A DNA stretch of 64,000 bases from Chloropicon primus (GCA_023205875.1 CP060758.1:1054001-1118000), one strand, 5' to 3'; counted from the first letter of the stretch, positions 53,405-64,000 are shown. Notes: generated from the sequence alone by a model not told the origin. Made by a program: numbers and translations.

Positions 53405-54727
53405 ATGGCGGGAGACGACGCCGCGGAGGAGGGGAAGGAGGGGGAGGGGAAGGCCTGGACCAGGGACAAGATCCAGACAAGGCTCAATGCGAGTGTGCTG
53501 GCGGTCGCCAGGAGGGACGGAGGCGGAGGGGAACAACAACAACAACAACAACAAGACTTGTGGGGGAACGTGGTGGCCGTCGGCTTGTACCAGCTCAGGA
53601 GCGAGGAGGGGGAGGCGGGTGGAGATGGGGAGACGAAGAAGCAATTCAGGACGGGGGGGCTGCAGCTCTTCAGGTGGGGAACTGGGAACGAGGATCGGGG
53701 CCGTCCCGAGTCCGAGGCTCCCGGAAACCCGCAGCAGGTTCATCCTCACCCTGGGGGGAGGAGGTTCACCCCCATCGGCTTGGGCTCCCCCGGGGGAGTC
53801 GAGGTGATCGACACGAGGAGCGGGATTTTCGAGATCAAGTGGTTCCGCCGGGAGAGCCCGGCCGCGCGCTCCGTGGCCCTGGCGAAGGCGGGCGGCCACG
53901 TCTCCGTCCACCGGGTCGTGTTGGAGAGGACGGAGGGAGGCGTCGTGGTCGGGGGGGAGGAGGAGGTCGCCTCCTGCTCGCTCACGGACGACAGGGACGG
54001 GGTGTTCTGCCTCTGCGTGGACGTTGGCGGCGCTCAGGGGCCGGGGGACGCTCCAGGGTCGGCCTCCCTGGCCGCGTCCACGTCGGACGGCCTCCTGCAC
54101 CTGCTGGCGTGCGACGGGCCGAGCATCCGGCCGGTGTGCCAGTGGGAGGCCCACGCCCTCGAGCCCTGGGCCGTGTGCTTCGACAAGCGCGACCCGAACC
54201 TGATCTTTTCGGGGGCGGACGACTCCGTCCTGCAGTGCTGGGACGCGAGGGCCGCCGGCCCGGCGTCCGACCCCCTCAAGGTGTTCGCCAGGAGGGGTGT
54301 CCACGAGGCCGGGGTGTGCTGCATCAGGACGCACGAGGCCGGGGGGGACCACTTCCTGACCAGCAGCTACGACGAGAGGATCCGGCTGTGGGACCGGAGG
54401 AACTTGGCGAGGCCCGTGGTGGCCCAGGAGGTCGAGACGGGGGGCGGGGTGTGGAGGATGGACTGGTGCCCGAGCGACCCGTCCCTGCTCCTGGGGGCCT
54501 GCATGCACGGGGGGTGCAAGGCCCTGGAGGTCGACCTCGCGGGGGGTCGCCTGTCCCCGTTGGCCGAGTACACCGCGCACGAGTCCATCGCCTACGGGGT
54601 GGGCTTCCTGGGCGAGACCACGGCGAGGGGGGGGGCGACGAGGGTGGAGGTTGCCTCCTGCAGCTTTTACGACAACCAGCTCCACGGCTGGGAGTTCGAG
54701 GTGCCGTCTTCTTCTGACTTGGCTTGA
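53405..54727 (+). CDS. DPH7: Diphthamide biosynthesis WD40 protein (methylated diphthine methylhydrolase, WDR85)
   Basis: AHALEPW, FSGADD, SYDERIRLWDRRN, GGGVWRMDW, ACMHGG, HESIAYG, ASCSFYDNQLHGW. Confidence 0.85.
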   Translation: MAGDDAAEEGKEGEGKAWTRDKIQTRLNASVLAVARRDGGGGEQQQQQQQDLWGNVVAVGLYQLRSEEGEAGGDGETKKQFRTGGLQLFRWGTGNEDRGRPESEAPGNPQQVHPHPGGRRFTPIGLGSPGGVEVIDTRSGIFEIKWFRRESPAARSVALAKAGGHVSVHRVVLERTEGGVVVGGEEEVASCSLTDDRDGVFCLCVDVGGAQGPGDAPGSASLAASTSDGLLHLLACDGPSIRPVCQWEAHALEPWAVCFDKRDPNLIFSGADDSVLQCWDARAAGPASDPLKVFARRGVHEAGVCCIRTHEAGGDHFLTSSYDERIRLWDRRNLARPVVAQEVETGGGVWRMDWCPSDPSLLLGACMHGGCKALEVDLAGGRLSPLAEYTAHESIAYGVGFLGETTARGGATRVEVASCSFYDNQLHGWEFEVPSSSDLA

Positions 54728-54977
54728 GAGCGTGGATCTTCGATCTTCGAGTGTGGTGGACGACTGACAATGGAAAGAGCTTGTGCTTCTCTCCCTCCTC
54801 CTCCGATTCTATTTTAATTTGCTACTAATGTGGGCTTGTGCCGCTTCAAGTACTTGCGGATGTCCATCGTCCATCGATCTTTTGCGCTCCGTAACGCATC
54901 ATGCCCCTGGCCCGTTACCCTCAGGTGGGTTTTTGAAAACCTCCTTTTTTCCCTCCAAAAAAAAACTCGAAAAACCT

Positions 54978-55056
54978 TTTCGCGCGCGAACGCAAGCGCG
55001 AGAACAAAAAAAAACGCAAAAAGGTTTTTGCGCAAAGGTTTGCGCAAAGGTTGCGC
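54978..55056. promoter_or_regulatory. Candidate E2F site and TTTGCGCAAA palindromes upstream of RNR1
   Basis: TTTCGCGC at 54978-54985 fits the E2F consensus TTTSSCGC; tandem TTTGCGCAAAGG units lie just upstream of ATG 55104. RNR genes are classic E2F targets. Confidence 0.5.
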
Positions 55057-55103
55057 GGGGGTTCTTTGAAACGGCACGACACGGCACGGCACGGCACGGC
55101 ACG

Positions 55104-57560
55104 ATGTTTGTGATCAAGAGGAGCGGGAAGGAGGAGCCCGTGCACTTTGACAAGATCACGGCGCGGATCAGCAAGCTGGCGTACGGTCTGAACCCGGACT
55201 TCTGCGACCCGATCCTTGTGGCGCAGAAGGTGACCGCGGGGGTGTACAAGGGGGTGAAGACGAGCGAGCTGGACGAGCTCGCGAGCGAGACCGCGGCGAG
55301 CATGGCGACCCAGCACCCGGACTACTCCACGCTTGCGGCCAGGATCGCGGTGTCGAACCTGCACAAGAACACCCTGAAGATCTTCACGGACGTCATCGAG
55401 GTCATGTACAGGCACGTGAACCCCAAGAACGGCCAGCGGGCCTCGTTGGTGGCGGACGACGTGTACGAGATCATCATGAGGAACGCCGAGAGGCTGAACA
55501 GCGAGATCATCTACGACAGGGACTTCGTGTACGACTACTTCGGGTACAAGACCTTGGAGAGGAGCTACTTGCTGAGGGTGAACGGGAAGATCGTGGAGAG
55601 GCCCCAGCACATGCTCATGCGCGTCTCCGTGGGAATCCACAAGGAGGACATCGACAGCGCGGTGAAGACCTACCACCTGCTGAGCGAGAAGTGGTTCACC
55701 CACGCCTCCCCGACCCTGTTCAACGCGGGGACGCCGAGGCCGCAGCTCTCGAGCTGCTTCCTGCTCACGATGAAGGACGACAGCATCGAGGGGATCTACG
55801 ACACGCTCAAGGAGTGCGCCGTGATCAGCAAGAGCGCCGGAGGCATCGGGCTGAGCATCCACAACATCCGGTCGACGTCCTCGTACATCAGGGGGACGAA
55901 CGGGACCAGCAACGGCATCGTCCCGATGCTGCGCGTGTTCAACGACACCGCCAGGTACGTGGACCAGGGGGGCGGCAAGAGGAAGGGCGCCTTTGCCGTC
56001 TACCTCGAGCCCTGGCACCCGGACGTCTTCGACTGGCTTGACTTGAGGAAGAACCACGGGAAGGAGGAGGCCAGGGCCAGGGACCTCTTCTACGGTCTGT
56101 GGACCCCCGACCTGTTCATGAAGAGGGTGGAGTCCAACGGGGACTGGAGCCTGTTCTGCCCCAACGAGGCGCCGGGCCTGGCAGACTGCTGGGGAGCCGA
56201 GTTCGAGGAGCTCTACACCAAGTACGAGAGAGCGGGCAAGGCCAGGAAGACCATCAAGGCCCAGACCCTGTGGTTCGCCATCCTGGAGGCCCAGGTGGAG
56301 ACCGGGAACCCTTACATGCTGTTCAAGGACGCGTGCAACAGCAAGTCCAACCAGCAGAACTTGGGGACCATCAAGTCGAGCAACCTCTGCACGGAGATCA
56401 TCGAGTACACCTCGCCGGACGAGACCGCCGTGTGCAACCTGGCCTCCATCGCCCTGTCCAGGTTCGTCGTGGACAGGAACGCCCAGGAGGACCAGTACCA
56501 GAAGAAGGTGGCGGGCAGCATGGGCGCCGAGGGAAGGTACTTCGACTTCAAGAAGCTCGAGGAGGTCACCACCCAGGTCGCGATCAACCTGAACAAGATC
56601 ATCGACGTGAACTTCTACCCCGCGGAGACGGCTCGCAACTCCAACATGAGGCACAGGCCCATCGGCATCGGCGTGCAGGGCCTCGCGGACGCCTTCATCA
56701 CCCTCGGCATGCCCTTCGACTCGGCGGAGGCCGCCAAGCTGAACCAGGAGATCTTCGAGACCATCTACTACGCCGCGCTCAAGGCCTCCATGGAGACGGC
56801 CAAGAGGGACGGCCCGTACTCCTCGTTCAAGGGCTCGCCCGTCTCCAAGGGCATCTTGCAGTTCGACATGTGGAACGTGACGCCAAGCGACAGGCACGAC
56901 TGGGCTCAGCTCAGGAAGGACATCGCCCAGTACGGTGTGAGGAACTCCCTGCTCTTGGCGCCGATGCCGACGGCCTCCACCTCCCAGATCCTCGGCAACA
57001 ACGAGTGCTTCGAGCCTTACACCAGCAACATCTACACGAGGCGCGTCCTGTCCGGGGAGTTCGTGGTGGTGAACCAGCACCTCCTCCACGACCTGGTGTC
57101 CCTGAACTTGTGGAACAAGGACATGAAGAACACGCTGATCGCGCACAACGGCAGCGTCGCCAAGCTCGACATCCCTGACAGGTTGAAGAACATGTACAAG
57201 ACGGTGTGGGAGATCAAGCAGAGGACCCTCATCGACATGGCGGCGGACCGAGGCGCCTTCATCGACCAGAGCCAGAGCTTCAACGTCCACATGAGCGATC
57301 CAAACTTCGGGAAGATGACCTCCCTCCACTTCTACGCCTGGAAGAAGGGTCTCAAGACGGGAATGTACTACCTGAGGACCAGGGCGGCCGCGGACGCGAT
57401 CAAGTTCACCGTGGACCAGCAGGCCCTCAAGGCCGCGGAGAAGAAGCTCAGCAAGGAGAACGTGGACGCGGAGGCCCTCTCCAAGAAGAGCGACAAGGAG
57501 CTCGCGGCAATGGTCTGCTCCTTGGAGAACAAGGACGAGTGCTTGATGTGTGGGGCCTAA
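55104..57560 (+). CDS. RNR1: Ribonucleoside-diphosphate reductase large subunit
   Basis: ATP-cone MFVIKRSG...[50 protein letters not shown]-terminal CLMC. Confidence 0.97.
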   Translation: MFVIKRSGKEEPVHFDKITARISKLAYGLNPDFCDPILVAQKVTAGVYKGVKTSELDELASETAASMATQHPDYSTLAARIAVSNLHKNTLKIFTDVIEVMYRHVNPKNGQRASLVADDVYEIIMRNAERLNSEIIYDRDFVYDYFGYKTLERSYLLRVNGKIVERPQHMLMRVSVGIHKEDIDSAVKTYHLLSEKWFTHASPTLFNAGTPRPQLSSCFLLTMKDDSIEGIYDTLKECAVISKSAGGIGLSIHNIRSTSSYIRGTNGTSNGIVPMLRVFNDTARYVDQGGGKRKGAFAVYLEPWHPDVFDWLDLRKNHGKEEARARDLFYGLWTPDLFMKRVESNGDWSLFCPNEAPGLADCWGAEFEELYTKYERAGKARKTIKAQTLWFAILEAQVETGNPYMLFKDACNSKSNQQNLGTIKSSNLCTEIIEYTSPDETAVCNLASIALSRFVVDRNAQEDQYQKKVAGSMGAEGRYFDFKKLEEVTTQVAINLNKIIDVNFYPAETARNSNMRHRPIGIGVQGLADAFITLGMPFDSAEAAKLNQEIFETIYYAALKASMETAKRDGPYSSFKGSPVSKGILQFDMWNVTPSDRHDWAQLRKDIAQYGVRNSLLLAPMPTASTSQILGNNECFEPYTSNIYTRRVLSGEFVVVNQHLLHDLVSLNLWNKDMKNTLIAHNGSVAKLDIPDRLKNMYKTVWEIKQRTLIDMAADRGAFIDQSQSFNVHMSDPNFGKMTSLHFYAWKKGLKTGMYYLRTRAAADAIKFTVDQQALKAAEKKLSKENVDAEALSKKSDKELAAMVCSLENKDECLMCGA

Positions 57561-58023
57561 GGGGGCGTTCTCCAGTCCCACCACGAGGCGAAGCGGGACC
57601 ACCGTTGTCATTTCTTCCGAGGCTTTTGCTTTGTTTGTTTTTCGGGAAAATCAATAACAAGAGCCTCGTTTTCATTTTCTGGTCTGTAATACCATCGAAC
57701 CAACAACATCATGAATTCATTCTCCCTTTCCTCTCTTGCTCTTCCCTTCCTTCCTTCCTTCCCCTGAGGAGGAGATGATGGACAATGTTGACCCCCCCTA
57801 AGGACAGGACAGGTGGAATGGATTATTGTTGTTGCTCAAACCCCTGGACAGGACAACACACACACACACACGAGGACGAGGACGAGGACGAGGAAAGAGG
57901 GGGAGTCGAGTAGAGCGCGTGCAAAGGAAGGAAACAAGGGACGACAAGGGACACTCAGACAGCTTGGGGCCAGACCAAGAACCAGGAAGACAACGAAACG
58001 GGAACCCATTTTGTTGTCCAAGA

Positions 58024-58857
58024 ATGTCGCAACCTTACCCCAAGGTCCAGCACGAGGGGGGGGATAATCAGGGAGACCAAGCCGGGGGAACGGCTTACCC
58101 TGCGATGAACAAGGGCGCAGGTGCAGCTACTGGTGGCGATCCTTACCAGGCCGTTCCAACCAAGCCTCCTGTGCAGGCCGCCCCCACCAAGCCTCCGGCC
58201 CAAGCGTACCCGGGTGCCCCACCACAGCCAGGTCAGCCGGGTTACGGGCAGACACCAGCCCCAGGGTACGGCCAGCCCCCTGCCCCAGGGTACGGGCATC
58301 CACCAGCCCCAGGGTACGGCCAGCCCCCTCCAGGCCAGCCGGGTTACGGCCAGCCACCAGCTCCTGGGTACGGCCAGCCCCCTGCCCCAGGGTACGGGCA
58401 TCCACCAGCCCCAGGGTACGGCCAGCCCCCTCCAGGCCAGCCGGGTTACGGCCAGCCACCAGCTCCTGGGTACGGCCAGCCCCCTGCCCCAGGGTACGGG
58501 CATCCACCAGCCCCAGGGTACGGCCAGCCCCCTCCAGGCCAGCCGGGTTACGGCCAGCCACCAGCTCCTGGGTACGGCCAGCCCCCTGCCCCAGGGTACG
58601 GTCATCCACCAGCCCCAGGGTACGGTCATCCGCCAGCGCCTGGGTACGGTCATCCGCCCCCACAGCCGGGTTACGGGCAGCCCCCTCCAGGCCAGCCGGG
58701 TTACGGCGCTCCCGCATATCCCCAGGCCGCCCCGACGCAGGGCTACCAAGCTGCACCCACCAAGTCCCGCTCCCACAGGTCCGGAAGGAGAAGGCACCGG
58801 AGAAGAAAGTCCCACTCCTCCTCGGACTCTTACTCTTACTCTGACGACGACTGGTAG
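58024..58857 (+). CDS. Pro/Gly/Tyr/Gln tandem-repeat protein with basic-then-acidic tail
   Basis: ATG 58024 MSQPYPK...; many PGYG(Q/H)PP units; ends RSHRSGRRRHRRRKSHSSSDSYSYSDDDW; no signal peptide. Confidence 0.7.
   Translation: MSQPYPKVQHEGGDNQGDQAGGTAYPAMNKGAGAATGGDPYQAVPTKPPVQAAPTKPPAQAYPGAPPQPGQPGYGQTPAPGYGQPPAPGYGHPPAPGYGQPPPGQPGYGQPPAPGYGQPPAPGYGHPPAPGYGQPPPGQPGYGQPPAPGYGQPPAPGYGHPPAPGYGQPPPGQPGYGQPPAPGYGQPPAPGYGHPPAPGYGHPPAPGYGHPPPQPGYGQPPPGQPGYGAPAYPQAAPTQGYQAAPTKSRSHRSGRRRHRRRKSHSSSDSYSYSDDDW
58232..58710 (+). repeat. Coding minisatellite: 24/30-bp units arranged in a 102-bp higher-order repeat
   Basis: The block PAPGYGQP-PAPGYGHP-PAPGYGQP-PPGQPGYGQP (34 aa) occurs about 3 times nearly identically, plus partial copies. 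Confidence 0.9.
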
Positions 58858-59193
58858 GCGGCGGGCGCCTTCGAGGTGGTGGACACGCAAAGGCGTCCAC
58901 TCGGTTCGAGAGGAAAAGGAGGATGTATACCATTATTCATTGTCTTACGAATGGAACCGCTTGTTGTTCTTGTTCTTGTTCTTGTTCTCTTGTCTCCCCA
59001 GCACCCGCCTTTGTCTTCGCCTTTGTCCTTGTTGTCGATCGATGTCTTTCTTGTCCCTGGGATCCCTGCCCTTTTCTCGAGCGCATCGCCAGCCGTTATG
59101 GAGGCGGGCGGCCAGGACGGGGACGGCGGCGATGGCCAGGAGGAGGCAGCCTCCAAACAGAGACACAGGGGCGAGGACGAGAAGGACTTGACC

Positions 59194-60408
59194 ATGACGA
59201 CGTGTGCGAGAAAGGTACCTCCTTCGACGAGGAGGGGTCAGGGGGCGGAAGGGAGGCTGCGAGGGGCCGTGCTGGCGCTCCTGGTGGTGGCCGCCTCGTG
59301 CGAGGTCGCCGTCTCCAGGGGGGGGCACCACCAGGAGGGTGAGGGGTCGCACCCGAGGCTCCTTCAGTCGCACGCCAGACTGTGCAACGAGCTCGAGCGA
59401 GACGTCGCCCACGCGGAGCTGCTGAGGGAGAGGCAGAGGAAGAGCGAGGGGGGCGCGCAGGGGAGGGAGCCCATGGTCAAGTGCATGACGCACCACTACG
59501 ACGCCGCGAGGGGTCACGAGGGTCACCCCCCGCTGTCCATTCACGTGAACGCCCCCGTGACCCTCAAGTCGCTCTCCGTGAACGCCACGATGAGGACGGC
59601 GGACTTTCCCTCCGCCCGCGTCGGTCTGCGGGCCAGGGCCATGCCCCGCTTCTACAAGGACCTGGTCCCTCTTGGCCTCAGCAAGTCGGTGGAGGTGGGT
59701 CTCAAGGGCAGCACCTTCATGAACGTCACGGGGCCGGAGCTCCACGGGCTCCTCGACGAGCACCGCGACGACCACGAGGGCTGGGTCCAGGTGGGTTGGA
59801 CCTCCGCCCCCGACCACGCCGACTACCCCGAGTCCGGGGAGCTCCTCGGCTTGACGCGGTCCCCAAGGAGGTTCACCCACCTCGACCAGCTGGAGCAGCT
59901 GGAGCAGCTGGGTCTGGAGTGGGAGAGCGACCACGCCGTGATGGGGCCGAACGCCACCCTGGACGCCTTCCTGAGGGAGAGGACGGGGTACCACGCCGGG
60001 AACGGCGGGAGCCTCGGAACCTGGACCCTGGTGGTGGACCCGTCCGTGGCCGTGCGGGGCTGGTCCGTCAGGATGTGCTTCGACGCCAAGACGAACTACG
60101 AGACGATCTGCAGGAACCAGCCGGGTTTCTCGCTCCGCGGCGGGGAGGACGACGAGGCGATGCGGGTGGAGGCCATGTCGGGCCGGGCGAGGGCACCCGA
60201 GTTCTGCCTCCCGGGGTTCCGCGTGTTCTGCGCGGCCAGGCAGAGGAGGATCAACGAGGACATCACTTGCGCGGCCAAGGGCCGGTCCTGGAACCCCTTC
60301 ACTCGGGTGACCCAAAACTACTGCTGCAAGAAGTTCCGGTGGCTGTTCTGGAGGCACTGGGCCAGGAAGACCTTCAACCCCGTCTGCAGGAGGTTCTACA
60401 GGACCTGA
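59194..60408 (+). CDS. Orphan secreted protein with Cys/Arg/Trp-rich C-terminus
   Basis: Hydrophobic segment AVLALLVVAASCEVAVS, HPRLLQ motif, GC3-rich codons, 6-Cys cationic tail. Start ATG inferred. Confidence 0.65.
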   Translation: MTTCARKVPPSTRRGQGAEGRLRGAVLALLVVAASCEVAVSRGGHHQEGEGSHPRLLQSHARLCNELERDVAHAELLRERQRKSEGGAQGREPMVKCMTHHYDAARGHEGHPPLSIHVNAPVTLKSLSVNATMRTADFPSARVGLRARAMPRFYKDLVPLGLSKSVEVGLKGSTFMNVTGPELHGLLDEHRDDHEGWVQVGWTSAPDHADYPESGELLGLTRSPRRFTHLDQLEQLEQLGLEWESDHAVMGPNATLDAFLRERTGYHAGNGGSLGTWTLVVDPSVAVRGWSVRMCFDAKTNYETICRNQPGFSLRGGEDDEAMRVEAMSGRARAPEFCLPGFRVFCAARQRRINEDITCAAKGRSWNPFTRVTQNYCCKKFRWLFWRHWARKTFNPVCRRFYRT

Positions 60409-60571
60409 GAGGGAGAGGGAGAGAGCAAGCCAGTGAGGTGTTGTTCCTCGGAGGGAGTGAAGCTCTTGTTGTTATTTTTATCATCATTTATCGTCATTGT
60501 TATGCACTTCTTTTGCTTGCTTGGGGTTTGGTTGTTCGTCCGCAACGTCCGTAACGTGTGTCGCCCCTCCT

Positions 60572-61225
60572 TCATCCTCCGACGCCGAAGAACGATCCGA
60601 GTACGCTGAAGCCGATGTTCTGGAAGATTCCGAAGGCCTCGCTCGGCGACATGAGCGGTGGGTTGGGGGCATTGCCTCCGTTGATGCCGGTGATGAGCTC
60701 GTTGAAACCTTCATCCTTTGTCGTTTGGTTTAGCGTAGTGTACATCGCCATGTTTTCTTGCAAACCCGCTTCGGCGCCAGTCAACGCCTCCATCAGGCTT
60801 TCCTCCTCGGTCGCGTTCAGCGGTATTCCCATCGTGGCCTGCGGGACGGTCCCATAGCCGTCGGTCCCGACCGTGCTATTCACCGGCGGCTGTTCGGCGT
60901 TGACTGCGTTGATGGCAGAGTTCACTCCATTGCCGCTGTCCCCGCCCTCGAAGAACCGGGTGAAGGTGTTGCGGATACCTCTCAAGGGAACGCGGAGGGG
61001 AACGATGTCCTCAACGACGCTGGGAACGCTGCTGGGAAGCACGGCCTGCGCGTTCACCTGGCTCAGCGGGTTCAGGTCGAAGTCCGTCGGAATTCCGAAC
61101 GAGGCGAGGTTGAAGACCTGCAGGGAGCGGCCGGTCTTGGAGCACCTCGCGCCCCCGAGGACGAGGGACACCAGCAGGGCCACCAAGCCCACAGAAAAAA
61201 AAGCGGATGAAGACCTCGTCTTCAT
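60572..61225 (-). CDS. Orphan secreted acidic protein with GRSLQ propeptide motif
   Basis: ATG 61225; signal SAFFSVGLVALLVSLVLGGARC followed by SKTGRSLQ. Confidence 0.65.
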   Translation of the reverse strand: MKTRSSSAFFSVGLVALLVSLVLGGARCSKTGRSLQVFNLASFGIPTDFDLNPLSQVNAQAVLPSSVPSVVEDIVPLRVPLRGIRNTFTRFFEGGDSGNGVNSAINAVNAEQPPVNSTVGTDGYGTVPQATMGIPLNATEEESLMEALTGAEAGLQENMAMYTTLNQTTKDEGFNELITGINGGNAPNPPLMSPSEAFGIFQNIGFSVLGSFFGVGG

Positions 61226-61518
61226 GGTCGTGGTCGTGGTCGTGGTCGTGGTGAGGAGCGAGATGAGTCCGAGTGTCGGTCCGTGGTCGCCCGCCCTTGT
61301 ATGCAGGAATTCTTGACACACACACACTCTCTCTCTCCGGCAAGGGCGGCAGAGAGAGGGGCGAAAACGAAAAAACCCTCGGAAGCCGTTTGCCGTGACC
61401 CTGTGATCCCACGGACAAGACAATCACGGAACAATGGCGGACGTGACCCAACGGCGAGACGACCGTGCCGTGCATGAGCGGGCGGCGTGCGTTCCTCGCT
61501 CGCTCGACAAAAGGGAAG

Positions 61519-62715
61519 ATGAGGAAGGCGACCACCAACGTACTCGCCCTCGCCCTCGCGATCGCACTCGCGGCGGCCTCCGTGTCCAGTGCCCTCGGCG
61601 CCCGTTTCGTCCCAAGGGACGAGCACATCGACATCGGTCGGAGGCGCGCCCTCCTCGTAACGGACGGGAACGGCAGCACGACGGACTTCGTGGAGACGGA
61701 CTTTTCCTCGCCCCACAACTTCTTGATGCTGTCGCCAACGAGAGAGGGGGCTTACCCGGCCGTGGTCTTCGCCCATGGCCTCTGCGGCCCCGGAAAGACC
61801 TACCACGAGTTTCTCCACGGCATCGCGCGGGAGGGCTACGTCGTCGTCGCGAACCTCGAGCAGCAGGACTGCAGCGAGAGCCTCTTCACCGTCTTCTCGA
61901 GTAGCCCGTTTCCCAAGCTCGAGGCCGCGGCCAACGGCGGGGTCATGCTCGGCAACCTGCGCCAGGAGGTGGACTTCCTCCTGGGGAACTCGTCCTTCGA
62001 CGGCGAGAACCTCGCTCTGGTCGGGCACTCCATGGGGGGAGGCGCCGTGATCGACTTGGCGGCGGAGCTGGCGTCCTCCCACCCCGGACTCGTCAAGGCC
62101 GTGGCGGCCATCGCGCCGTGGAACGGAATTGGCGCCAAGGGCGCCCCCAGACCAAGCCGGGTCGCGCACGAGATCAAGGCCCCCCTCCTCCTCATCTGCA
62201 GCAACATGGACCAGCTCGTGCCGTGCTCCGGCGAGATCGGGTCCTACACCGGCGCCAGCAAGAATCCCATGGCCAAGGGCCTCTTCAACACCCTCTTCAA
62301 GGGCACCGACGGTGAGTCACAGACCCTCCTTTCTCTCCCCGGACAATGGCACTGACGCTAGCTGGTTTCTTCTCGCTTTCGTTGTCTCTGACCCCTCTCT
62401 CACTCTCACTCTCACTCACTCAATACTCTCTCATTGTGCGGGAAAGACACCTGGTTCGGCGGCGTGGAAGCGATCAAGGAGGACGCCATGCGTGGCGAGT
62501 CGAACGTGACGTACGTGGACCTGCCCGACGGCGGTCACTTTGCTTTGGCTGGAATCTCCAAGGAACAGCTGGAGGGCATTGGGGAGGAGTGGGGGCAGCC
62601 CAAGATGTTGGTGGACATGATGCTGGCGTCGGGGGAGATCAACCTCGGAAACCCAGAGGACACGGGGGAGGAAGTCAGGGAGGACGTCATCGACTTTCTC
62701 AAGCAACACTTGTGA
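61519..62715 (+). CDS. Secreted alpha/beta hydrolase, chlorophyllase/cutinase-like; exons 61519-62311 and 62447-62715
   Basis: Signal VLALALAIALAAASVSSALG; YPAVVFAHG, GYVVVA, GHSMGGG, probable Asp (NMDQLV) and His (GGHF). A GTGAGT...AAG intron (62312-62446) restores the frame. Confidence 0.78.
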
Positions 62716-63338
62716 CTCACAAGTTGTGACCGCACGGACTCTCTCCTTCTACCAGATCTCCGTGTATCATCTTCCAGGTCAAGTCGGCTTTGGAAGGGGA
62801 CCTAAACATCCAGAGAGAGAGGTGCTTGTGGGATTGTTATTTATGGATTTGATTATTTGTGGTCGTCGTCGGTGACTTGGTAGTGTAATGTACAAGCATC
62901 ACATCATTCTGCTGCTTTTATTGCCCATTTTGGGCCTATTTTTCCGGTACGAATAGTGGAGTGACGGATCCAGATCGTGTCCGATGGCTGTAAAAATTTG
63001 TCAGCAGGGGTTTGTATTTTATATTTGGACATTCGTTGAATATGGTGTATCTTCCCGTCGTCCTTGAGCCTGTAGAGGTCCATCTGTCGGACCACTAAAA
63101 CCCAAACCACAGCCCTCCATGGAGGGTGAGGACGATGTGTGAATGGAGTCCGTGATGAAGAGGCCTGTTCCGGGTGGAGTGCAATAGAGGGCACCAGAGA
63201 ATAAAGAGATTGAATCGTAAACCTTACCCTGATCCACTCTTCTGCTGGAATCCGTCGTCTTATGCGACCTGATTTAGGGCCGACTAAAACCCAGATCACA
63301 CTTAAGACCTATACCAGAAGGAAAACATGCGGGGGCTT

Positions 63339-64000
63339 GGAGGCACCACGGAAAGGTTGGATGATGCGACGGTGTCTTTCACTTAGGCTTCTTTTGTTCT
63401 CCGGCTCCTTTCCTTGGCCAGGTCGTCCTTCCTTTCTTCCTCGGGCAAACCCTACTCAAGGCACTTACGACCCACGAGAGGGCCTTTTAGGCGTTAGGTT
63501 TTAGGACTCCCAAGGCTTTAGGAAACGCGGTGCTTTGGAGGCACCACGGAAAGGTTGGATGATGCAACGGTGTCTTTCTCTTAGGCTTCTTTTGTTCCCC
63601 GGCTCCTTTCCTTGGCCAGGTCGTCCTTCCTTTCTTCCTCGGGCAAACCCTACTCAAGGCACTTCGGACCCACGAGAGGGCCTTTTAGGCGTTAGGTTTT
63701 CGGACTCCCAAGGCTTTAGGAAACGCGGTGACTCGGAGGCACCACGGCAAGCTTGGATGATGCGACGGTGTCTTTCTCCTAGGCTTCTTTTGTTCCCCGG
63801 CTCCTTTCCTTGGCCAAGTCGTCCTTCCTTTCTTCCTCGGGCAAACCCTACTCAAGACACTTCGGACCCACGAGAGGGCCTTTTAGGCGTTAGGTTTTCG
63901 GACTCCCAAGGCTTTAGGAAACGCGGTGACTCGGAGGCACCACGGCAAGCTTGGATGATGCGACGGTGTCTTTCTCCCAGGCTTCTGTTGTCCTCGGGCT
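63339..64000. repeat. 198-bp tandem satellite containing telomere-like TTTTAGG/TTAGG motifs (continues past the window end)
   Basis: GGAGGCACCACGG recurs at 63339, 63537, 63735 and 63933 (period 198); each full unit has CCTTTTAGGCGTTAGGTTTT and GCTTTAGG. Confidence 0.95.

Noticed and set aside
54921..57611. 896-aa antisense ORF over RNR1 (similarly 51481-54717, 46261-48270, 36941-38617, 27004-28644)
   Set aside because: Shadow ORFs typical of high-GC3 genes; the opposite strand encodes clearly conserved proteins.
63339..64000. CRISPR array or 5S/tRNA array
   Set aside because: Whole 198-bp units repeat with no unique spacers, and no recognisable RNA gene motifs.

Overview
Gene-dense, GC-rich, intron-poor nuclear DNA of a small green alga. 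Evidence: plastid-type transit peptides, short GT-AG introns, TTTAGG-type telomere-like motifs and a PrpC-type 2-methylcitrate synthase. This fits a Chloropicon-like picoprasinophyte, but the species is inferred, not verified. About 32 protein genes are present, mostly housekeeping (APC5, plastid PNPase, RABGGTB, SETD6-like, NCKX-like, ACAD8, RAD51, RPS17, ATX-like H3K4 methyltransferase, DPH7, RNR1). The window ends in a 198-bp tandem satellite. The most unusual parts are: (1) a dually acylated protein made of four near-identical copies of a bacterial Cj0069-type ATP-grasp domain (4206-8711); (2) a cluster of six divergent paralogous secreted Gly/Ser/Ala-rich proteins (30805-40903), several with RRL(L/F) processing motifs and a shared upstream TTGCCRTG-like motif, surrounding an ATPase-degenerate MLH3; (3) an apparently exact 388-bp inverted copy of the MLH3 endonuclease-motif region that is in frame with one of those secreted genes; (4) a DUF3593/Ycf49-TauD fusion; (5) a second group of orphan secreted proteins next to the satellite. 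Family assignments come from motif recognition only; no searches were run.
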